Below are positions 56,724-64,000 of a stretch of 64,000 nucleotides of DNA, piece by piece; position 1 is the first letter of the stretch; each line of letters opens with the position of its first letter. The stretch comes from Nitrospirota bacterium (lineage in GTDB: Bacteria; Nitrospirota; Thermodesulfovibrionia; Thermodesulfovibrionales; Dissulfurispiraceae), in NCBI GenBank assembly GCA_037441185.1, contig JBBISP010000007.1, positions 1 through 64,000 of the forward strand, read 5' to 3'. The translations under genes and the position numbers were made by a program. The notes below the pieces were generated by a model, which had not been told where the DNA came from, made no database searches, and was given only the letters and a program-made list of their open reading frames with translations.

Positions 56724-58346
56724 ATGAGAAAAAGCACATTATGGAGGGTAATTCTTATTGCGGTTGCTTTAGTTATCGCTATAGTTTTCTTTCTGCCAAA
56801 CACGCCAATTTTTCAAAGTATGCCTGAATGGTGGAAAAAGAATATGCCAAATAAGGGCATTATATTGGGTCTTGATCTTCAGGGAGGGCTTCATCTTGTT
56901 TTTGAGGTTGAGGGAGACAAGGCTGTTGATATTACCACTGAAAGGATAGCCTCTTCTTTAAACAGCATATTCGAAAAGAAAAATATACAGGCAACTGCAA
57001 ATAAAGAAGACATGTTTGTTGTTGTTTCTCCTGCCAACATGGATGTCAGAAAGGCGATTGAGGATTCCTATCCTTTATTAACCCTTGTTGATAGCGCAAA
57101 TGTGCTTAAGTACAAACTTTCGTCTCAGGAAGTACAAAGGATTAAGGAGTCGGCTACAGATCAGGTGCTGGAGATTATAAGAAACAGAATTGACCAGTTT
57201 GGCGTTGCAGAGCCTACTATTCACAGACAGGCGGAAAATGAGATCGTAGTGCAACTGCCCGGTGTAAAGGATCCAAAAAGGGCAGTAGAAATGGTAGGGA
57301 AGACAGCTCTTTTAGAGTTTAAACTGGTTAATGATGAATCCCCAGTTGCTGCTGAAATGCCGTCTTCTATATTGCCAGGAGAAGAATCGCTGTTTTTTGA
57401 AAGATTTAAGGATAAAATACCAGAAGGAAGTGAAGTGCTGTTTCAGAGAGAAGTCAATAGAGAAACAGGTGTTGTTACGAAAAGACCTATCCTTCTGAAA
57501 AAAGAGACATTGCTTACCGGAGATCTTCTGACCGAGGCACGGGTGAGCATAGATGAGAGATTTAATGAACCATATGTCTCTATCACTTTTAGCGCTGCCG
57601 GAGCAAAGATATTTGAAGATATAACAGGCCAGAATGTAAAAAAGAGGCTTGCAATCATTCTCGACAACACTATTTATTCTGCTCCTGTTATACAAGAAAA
57701 AATTAGCGGCGGCAATGCCCAGATAACAGGAAACTTTACAATGGAAGAGGCAAAGGATCTTGCAATTGTATTGAGGGCTGGCACACTGCCTGCTCCTATT
57801 AAGATGCTCCAAAATGTTACAGTTGGACCTTCTTTAGGAAGGGATTCAATAGAGGCAGGGAAAATAGCAGGCATTATAGGGACTATTCTTGTTGTCGTAT
57901 TTATGATTTTTTATTATAGATTGTCAGGTGTTATAGCAGACTTTGCTCTTCTGCTAAACATAATGCTTCTTCTTGGCGCAATGGCTTCGCTCAATGCAAC
58001 CCTCACGCTTCCGGGCATAGCAGGTATAATTCTGGCAATAGGAATGGCTGTTGACTCCAATGTCCTCATGTTTGAAAGGATGCGAGAGGAATTAAGGATG
58101 GGCAAAACACCTAAGGCTGCGGTTGAAAGCGGTTATAAAAAAGCCTTCTGGACTATATTTGACTCCCATGTGACCACCCTTATAACCGCTGCGGTGCTGT
58201 TTCAATTTGGCACTGGGCCTATAAAAGGATTTGCGGTAACATTAAGTCTCGGCGTAGCAATAAATCTCTTTACAGCGCTTATAGGCACAAAGACTGTATT
58301 TGATATTATGCATCACAAAAAAGAAGTCAAGGGGTTGAGCATATGA
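56724..58346 (+). CDS. secD: Protein translocase subunit SecD
   Basis: [45 protein letters not shown]. Confidence 0.97.
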   Translation: MRKSTLWRVILIAVALVIAIVFFLPNTPIFQSMPEWWKKNMPNKGIILGLDLQGGLHLVFEVEGDKAVDITTERIASSLNSIFEKKNIQATANKEDMFVVVSPANMDVRKAIEDSYPLLTLVDSANVLKYKLSSQEVQRIKESATDQVLEIIRNRIDQFGVAEPTIHRQAENEIVVQLPGVKDPKRAVEMVGKTALLEFKLVNDESPVAAEMPSSILPGEESLFFERFKDKIPEGSEVLFQREVNRETGVVTKRPILLKKETLLTGDLLTEARVSIDERFNEPYVSITFSAAGAKIFEDITGQNVKKRLAIILDNTIYSAPVIQEKISGGNAQITGNFTMEEAKDLAIVLRAGTLPAPIKMLQNVTVGPSLGRDSIEAGKIAGIIGTILVVVFMIFYYRLSGVIADFALLLNIMLLLGAMASLNATLTLPGIAGIILAIGMAVDSNVLMFERMREELRMGKTPKAAVESGYKKAFWTIFDSHVTTLITAAVLFQFGTGPIKGFAVTLSLGVAINLFTALIGTKTVFDIMHHKKEVKGLSI

Positions 58347-59248
58347 TAGAAATTTTAAAAAATACAAATATAAACTTCATGGGCAAAAGAAAATATGCCT
58401 TTATTATAACTGGAATATTGATGTTGCTTGGCATTATAGCTATAATTCAGATAATGCTTGGCAAAGCAAATCTTGGTGTAGATTTTGCAGGCGGCACAGC
58501 AGTGCAGATTAAGTTTGAAAACCCTGTTCCGCTTAATGAAGTCAGAAAGGCATTTGATGAAGGAGGATTGAAAGACTTTGATCTTCAGGATTTGCCCGCA
58601 GAAAACAAGATTCTTATAAGGGTGAAAAAACAGGAGGAAAAGCTTGGTGGTTTTTCTGAAAAAATTACGCAGATACTTTCTAATAGGTTTCCCGACAAGA
58701 TTCCGTCGATTGACTCTACCACAGAGATAGGGCCGAAGATCAGTTCGAGATTAAGGCAGGACGCTGTCTGGGCAATCCTCATGGCAGTAATAGGCTTGTT
58801 AATATATGTTGCGTGGAGATTCCAGTTCAGGTTCGGCATAGGCGCTACAATTGCTACATTCCATGATGTTGTTGCGGTGCTCGGGATTTTTTATATCTTG
58901 GGCAAGGAGCTAAATCTTATAGTTCTGAGCGCTCTCCTCGCAATAGCAGGATATTCCCTCACAGACACAGTGGTTATATTTGACCGGATAAGGGAAAATA
59001 TGAAGAAGATGCTTAAGGAAACCCCGGAAACAATTGTAAACAAAAGTCTTAATGAAGTGCTTCCTCGCACCATTATTACATCATTGACTACGCTTTTTGC
59101 ATCATTGGCATTGCTTTTTTTTGGCGGGGAGGTAATACACGACTTTGCTCTTGCAATGTCATTGGGTATAATTATAGGCACATACTCTTCTGCTTTTGTA
59201 GCAAGCCCTGTTGTTTTATTTTTAGGTTTTTTGGGTAAAAAGAAGTAA
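58343..59248 (+). CDS. secF: Protein translocase subunit SecF
   Basis: [34 protein letters not shown]. Confidence 0.97.
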   Translation: MIEILKNTNINFMGKRKYAFIITGILMLLGIIAIIQIMLGKANLGVDFAGGTAVQIKFENPVPLNEVRKAFDEGGLKDFDLQDLPAENKILIRVKKQEEKLGGFSEKITQILSNRFPDKIPSIDSTTEIGPKISSRLRQDAVWAILMAVIGLLIYVAWRFQFRFGIGATIATFHDVVAVLGIFYILGKELNLIVLSALLAIAGYSLTDTVVIFDRIRENMKKMLKETPETIVNKSLNEVLPRTIITSLTTLFASLALLFFGGEVIHDFALAMSLGIIIGTYSSAFVASPVVLFLGFLGKKK

Positions 59249-59269
59249 TTTGGAAAATGACGGTTAAAA

Positions 59270-61045
59270 ATGAAAACATACAGATGGATTGCAAATAAGA
59301 CTAATCCAGAGTATGTTGATTATATTTCGAGGATTGCCTCTGTATCTCCTGCATTTGCACAGGTATTGATTAATAGAGGCATAAAAACACCTGAGCAGCT
59401 TAATTCTTTCCTCAATCCTGACATTGTGAAATTGTCAGACCCTTTTGAACTTCCTGATATTAAAACTGCACTCAAGAGAATAAGGGAGGCAAAAAAACAG
59501 GGGCAAAGAATTCTTGTCCACGGCGACTACGATGCAGACGGCATTACTGCAACAGCAATACTGGTGAAGGGCCTAAAAAAAATCGGCATTGATGTCCACT
59601 ATTTCATTCCAAATAGAATGACACATGGTTATGGATTCGGCAGTGTAGGAATTGAAAAGGCAAAGGAGATCGGCGCAAAACTTATAATCACTGTAGATTG
59701 TGGAATTACATCTTTTGATGCTGTTTCTGCTGCAAATTCTCTGGGAATAGATGTAATAATCACGGATCATCATGAGTCTTTAACGGCAGAAGATAAGAGG
59801 ATAAGAGATTCGGAAGATAAGAATTTCTTGACCTCTCAACCTCTCAACCTCTCAACTTCTTTTCAGTTGCCAGAGGCGCTTGCAACAGTAAACCCTAAGC
59901 TTATAACTCACAACTCCGAACTCTCAAACTTATGCGGCGCTGGAATTGCTTTTATGCTTATATATGCCCTTTTTGATCTGAATATCGATGATGTATATGA
60001 ATTTTTTGATCTTGCCGCAATTGGCACCAGCGCTGATGTTGTACCTGTAATTGGCGACAACAGAATTATTCTTAAAGAGGGTATTAAACTAATTCAATCA
60101 GACAATAGGATTGGGATCAAGGCATTAAAGAATGTAGCAGGGATAAGGCCTGATTTCTTCAAGACATCTTTCTTGTATTACATTATTAATCCCAGAATCA
60201 ATGCAGCAGGAAGAATAGCAGATGCAAATGATGTTGTGAGGCTTCTAACAACAAACTCTGAAACAGAGGCAGAAGATCTGGCCAAATGGCTGAACGGCCT
60301 TAATGCAAAAAGACAGGAGATCGAATTGTGTGTTTACAATGAGGCAAAGGAAATGCTTAATAATTATAAATCGACATGGGACAATAGTAAAGGAGCTATT
60401 GTTTTAGCATCAGAAGGATGGCATATAGGGGTTGTCGGTATAGTTGCATCAAGGATTGCAGAGGAGTACTATATGCCTACATTTATATTTTCTATAGAAA
60501 ACGGCGTGGCCAAGGGATCTGCGCGGAGCATACCAGCCTTTGATGTTTATGACGGTCTTACAAGGTGTAAAGATATTCTTAAGAGATTTGGCGGCCACAA
60601 ACAGGCAGCAGGACTCAGTCTTCTGTCCAGCGATATTGAATGTTTCAGAAACATGATTTCTGCCATTATAATTACTGCTGCTACAGACAGCGATCTTGAG
60701 GCTGTTTTGAATATAGATGCGGCCATTAATATAGCGAATATTAATTTTGAATTGATAAATGAAATTTCAAGACTTGAACCTTTTGGCTGCGGTAATGATG
60801 AACCACTGTTTGGCTCAAAAGGGCTGGAAGTCATACAGCCAAGGATTGTCGGCAATAACCACCTAAAGATGTATTTAAAACAAAACGGCAGCAGAATGGA
60901 TAGTATCGGCTTTGATTTTGGAGGGTTGCTTGAGAGCATTGAAGATAATCCATTAATTGACGCTGCCTTTCTTCCGGCAATAAATGAGTGGGATGGCGGG
61001 AAATGTTTGCAGTTGAAACTAAAGGCGATAAGACCGGCGACCTAA
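59270..61045 (+). CDS. recJ: ssDNA-specific exonuclease RecJ
   Basis: HGDYDADG, TVDCGI, ITDHH, PRINAAGR, KGSARS, FGGHKQAAG. Confidence 0.97.
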   Translation: MKTYRWIANKTNPEYVDYISRIASVSPAFAQVLINRGIKTPEQLNSFLNPDIVKLSDPFELPDIKTALKRIREAKKQGQRILVHGDYDADGITATAILVKGLKKIGIDVHYFIPNRMTHGYGFGSVGIEKAKEIGAKLIITVDCGITSFDAVSAANSLGIDVIITDHHESLTAEDKRIRDSEDKNFLTSQPLNLSTSFQLPEALATVNPKLITHNSELSNLCGAGIAFMLIYALFDLNIDDVYEFFDLAAIGTSADVVPVIGDNRIILKEGIKLIQSDNRIGIKALKNVAGIRPDFFKTSFLYYIINPRINAAGRIADANDVVRLLTTNSETEAEDLAKWLNGLNAKRQEIELCVYNEAKEMLNNYKSTWDNSKGAIVLASEGWHIGVVGIVASRIAEEYYMPTFIFSIENGVAKGSARSIPAFDVYDGLTRCKDILKRFGGHKQAAGLSLLSSDIECFRNMISAIIITAATDSDLEAVLNIDAAINIANINFELINEISRLEPFGCGNDEPLFGSKGLEVIQPRIVGNNHLKMYLKQNGSRMDSIGFDFGGLLESIEDNPLIDAAFLPAINEWDGGKCLQLKLKAIRPAT

Positions 61046-61147
61046 TACCTAATATGAGCGATATTGCATGTCAGGCACGGCTCAAAGACGCCACTTTTCG
61101 TCGCACCTAACATGCATTTTAAGTATAAGAGGAAGGAGTATTTTGAG

Positions 61148-61942
61148 GTGAACATTACAATTAATGATTTTTTGAAGAAGAAGCAGGAAGGGCAGAAGAT
61201 AACTATGCTTACTGCCTATGATTATCCCTTTGCACGGATTGTCGATGAGGCAGGAATAGATGCCATTCTTGTGGGCGATTCACTGGCAATGGTCGTTCAG
61301 GGGCTTGACAATACACTGCCTGTAACAATGGATGAGATGACATACCACACAAAAATGGTTTCGAGGGCAGCAAAGAGGGCAATGGTTATAGCCGATATGC
61401 CTTATCTTTCGTATCAAATAAGCATTGAAGATGCAGTGAGGAATGCAGGAAGACTTTTGAAAGAAGCCGGCGCTCAGGCAGTAAAGATCGAAGGTGGAAG
61501 AGAAGTTGCAGAAAAAATCGAGACGATGACAAAGGCAGAAATTCCTGTGATGGCGCATATCGGACTTACGCCGCAGGCAATTCACAGAATGGGCGGATAC
61601 AAGGTTCAGGGTAAGACAGAGGATGCCGCTAAAAGACTGCTGGAGGATGCAAAAATTATTCAAGAGGCTGGTGCATTCAGCCTTGTGCTTGAGGCGATTC
61701 CTTTTCAGCTTTCAAAGGAAATAACAGAAGAACTTGCAATTCCTACTATCGGTATAGGCGCAGGGCCTTTCTGCGATGGGCAGGTTTTAGTTATACATGA
61801 TGCGCTTGGATTATTTGAAAGATTTATACCTAAATTTGTAAAGAGATATGTGAATATGAAAGAGGAAGCTTTAAGAGCAGCTAAGCAATATAAAGAAGAA
61901 GTCGAAAAAGGCATTTTTCCTGGAAAAGAACATTCTTTTTAG
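61148..61942 (+). CDS. panB: 3-methyl-2-oxobutanoate hydroxymethyltransferase
   Basis: [39 protein letters not shown] start after aggag. Confidence 0.97.
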   Translation: MNITINDFLKKKQEGQKITMLTAYDYPFARIVDEAGIDAILVGDSLAMVVQGLDNTLPVTMDEMTYHTKMVSRAAKRAMVIADMPYLSYQISIEDAVRNAGRLLKEAGAQAVKIEGGREVAEKIETMTKAEIPVMAHIGLTPQAIHRMGGYKVQGKTEDAAKRLLEDAKIIQEAGAFSLVLEAIPFQLSKEITEELAIPTIGIGAGPFCDGQVLVIHDALGLFERFIPKFVKRYVNMKEEALRAAKQYKEEVEKGIFPGKEHSF

Positions 61943-61980
61943 AGACATCAAAATTCATACCTTAATTGGAACAAAGGTTT

Positions 61981-64000
61981 ATGTCTGATATTAGCTTATT
62001 TAGAGAAAGGCTGCTTCAATTAATTGACAAATTTGAAAAGGACAAGCATCATTACCTTGCAAAAGGTTATCCCGAAGCACAGGTAAGGATTGACTTCTTA
62101 AATCCGTTCTTCAATGCCCTCGGCTGGGATATAGAAAACAAGGCGCATAAGCCTCCCCATGAAAGGGATGTTATAGTCGAGCTTTCACCCGAAACCACAG
62201 GAAGACCTGATTATAATTTCAGGATAAACGGGGCAACAAAATTTTTTGTTGAGGCAAAGGCGCCGTCTGCTGCGCTCGATGATATAAACCACATCCTTCA
62301 GGCAAAAACATACGCATGGTCAACAAAAGAGGTCTATTTCGTAATCCTCACAGACTTCGAGGAATTCAAGCTCTTTGACGCATCATTAAAGCCCAATCCA
62401 AGATTTCCAAACGAAGGCTTAATCTTCGATTTTAAATACACAGACTATCTTGCCAACATCGAAAAATTATGGGAACTGTCAAAGGAAAGAGTTGAACAGG
62501 GATCATTAGAAGCCCTGCTTCCAAAAGACACAAAGAGCAAGAGACTCAGAATCCCGCCTGATAAATCATTCCTCGAAGACCTGACGGAGTGGCGCACAGA
62601 GCTTGCAAAGGATATTCATAAGAGAAATCCGGAATTTGACGCAAAACTTCTCAATGATGTTGTTCAGAGGCTTCTTGATCGCATCGTTTTTATCCGAATA
62701 GCAGAAGACAGGAAAATAAGGCCGGACAGAGAACTATGGGAGATTGTTGCCCAGTGGAAAGAGGAAGGCAAAAGAAAATCAATAATGACCCACCTGAAAG
62801 ACCTCTTTAAAGAAATTAATGATGACCTTAACGGCGACATTTTCAAGCCACATGCATGTGAAACCGCTGAGGTTGATTCATCTCTTTTAGCTGAGATAAT
62901 AGAAAGCCTTTATTTCCCCAAAAGCAGATACCGTTTTGACGCAATAGGCGTTGAGCTTCTTGGAAGCATTTATGAGCGTTATCTTGGAAGCACAATCAGA
63001 GTTACGCCTCAAAGGGTAAAGGTAGAGGAAAAGCCCGAAGTCAGAAAGGCAGGAGGAGTTTATTACACTCCAAAATACATCGTTGACTATATCGTCAAAA
63101 ATACAGTTGGCAAAATCATTGAGGGCAAGACACCGAAACAGATAGAAAAGATAAAAATCCTTGACCCCGCATGCGGCTCTGGTTCGTTCCTGCTCGGAGC
63201 TTATCAATATCTGATTGACTACCACCTCAGATATTATCGAGAACATCCAAAAGAGGCGCAGACGCTTCATCTGTTCCCCTACTGGAAAATATCGCCTGAA
63301 GAGCTATCTCTGCCTATACACGAGAAGGCAAAGATACTAAGAAATAACATCTTTGGCGTGGATATTGACCCGCAGGCCGTTGAGATAACAATGATGAGCC
63401 TTTATCTAAAGGCACTGGAAGGAGAAAGAGGTCTCCTGCCGAAGAAGCAGCATCTTTTGCCGTCTCTGGGGAATAATATCAAATGCGGGAATAGTTTGAT
63501 CGGGTATGACATTTTTGATACACCCCTCACCCTATCCCTCTCCCACAAGGGGAGAGGGAATTCTTCTGTCTCCCCTCCCTTGATGGGAGGGGCTGAAGGG
63601 GAGGGTGAAATCCTCTCCCGCATTAACCCCTTCGACTGGAATTCAAAGGCTGCCGGATTCGGCGAGATTATCGAGAACGGTGGTTTTGATGTGGTCATCG
63701 GCAATCCGCCATATGTGAGACAGGAAATGCTCGGCGAATTCAAAGACTATTTTAAAGACCATTACGAGGTCTATCACGGCACTGCTGACCTCTACACTTA
63801 CTTCATTGAAAAAGCCGTTTCTTTGCTAAAACAGGGCGGTCTTTTCAGTTACATAGTTGCAAATAAATGGATGCGGGCAAATTATGGCGAGCCGCTCCGC
63901 TGCTGGCTGAAAAAACAGCAGATAGAGGAAATTACAGACTTCGGAGACCTGCCTGTATTTGAAGGAGCAACAACTTATCCGTGTATTTTGAGAATACGCA
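61981..64000 (+). CDS. Type IIG restriction-modification enzyme (nuclease plus N6-methyltransferase), runs off the window
   Basis: Absent from the ORF track; ATG 61981 reads RPDY..FVEAK (nuclease), GVYYTP, ILDPACGSGSFL (motif I), VIGNPPY (motif IV) with no stop before 64000. Confidence 0.9.
   Translation, partial: MSDISLFRERLLQLIDKFEKDKHHYLAKGYPEAQVRIDFLNPFFNALGWDIENKAHKPPHERDVIVELSPETTGRPDYNFRINGATKFFVEAKAPSAALDDINHILQAKTYAWSTKEVYFVILTDFEEFKLFDASLKPNPRFPNEGLIFDFKYTDYLANIEKLWELSKERVEQGSLEALLPKDTKSKRLRIPPDKSFLEDLTEWRTELAKDIHKRNPEFDAKLLNDVVQRLLDRIVFIRIAEDRKIRPDRELWEIVAQWKEEGKRKSIMTHLKDLFKEINDDLNGDIFKPHACETAEVDSSLLAEIIESLYFPKSRYRFDAIGVELLGSIYERYLGSTIRVTPQRVKVEEKPEVRKAGGVYYTPKYIVDYIVKNTVGKIIEGKTPKQIEKIKILDPACGSGSFLLGAYQYLIDYHLRYYREHPKEAQTLHLFPYWKISPEELSLPIHEKAKILRNNIFGVDIDPQAVEITMMSLYLKALEGERGLLPKKQHLLPSLGNNIKCGNSLIGYDIFDTPLTLSLSHKGRGNSSVSPPLMGGAEGEGEILSRINPFDWNSKAAGFGEIIENGGFDVVIGNPPYVRQEMLGEFKDYFKDHYEVYHGTADLYTYFIEKAVSLLKQGGLFSYIVANKWMRANYGEPLRCWLKKQQIEEITDFGDLPVFEGATTYPCILRIR
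63523..63608. repeat. Paired GC-rich REP-like hairpins inserted in frame
   Basis: tccctctccc-acaag-gggagaggga and cccctccc-ttgat-gggagggg enclosed by tcaccct...agggtga. Confidence 0.8.

Noticed and set aside
61065..61116. Integron attC site
   Set aside because: The GTTAGGT-like and CCTAAC-like boxes are in the opposite order to attC, and there is no integrase or cassette array
874..63743. Numerous short antisense or overlapping ORFs in the track (e.g. 874-1494, 11822-12304, 57312-57812, 62887-63270)
   Set aside because: Shadow frames of well-supported genes, with no motifs or RBS
1..64000. Genome-wide reassignment of TGA (genetic code 4 or 25)
   Set aside because: TGA ends many genes at their expected C-termini (e.g. 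queA, gspG, secD), and both internal TGAs sit at Cys positions

Overview
AT-rich bacterial chromosomal window; gene content suggests an anaerobic Nitrospirota/Thermodesulfovibrionia-like organism (inference). Most of it is housekeeping: ruvB, queH, queA, phoH-HD-ybeY-dgkA, leuC, yajQ, zapAB, recA-recX-alaS, coaD, mqnA, yajC-secDF, recJ and panB. It also carries a nitrate-ammonification cluster (octaheme nitrite reductase, a Reeler-like monoheme protein, an oversized NapA, NapG/H/D and a heme-sensor two-component system), c-di-GMP genes, a partial type II secretion operon ending at an IS1380-like remnant, and restriction-modification genes at both edges. The main hidden signal is two in-frame TGA codons at cysteine positions, each followed about 11 nt later by a hairpin. 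One replaces the catalytic metal-binding Cys of an archease-paired RtcB RNA ligase (53892-55337). The other lies in an unannotated 55-codon Cys-rich microprotein (23755-23922, CPE-U-G). Both are best read as candidate selenoproteins. Other observations: a probable ACG start for phoH, 7-8-nt tandem repeats and REP-like palindromes inserted in frame in housekeeping genes, phased OmpR-type boxes upstream of the nitrite reductase, leaderless-promoter architecture and several gene relics. No rRNA, tRNA or CRISPR array was recognised. All family calls come from motif recognition by eye; no database search was run.
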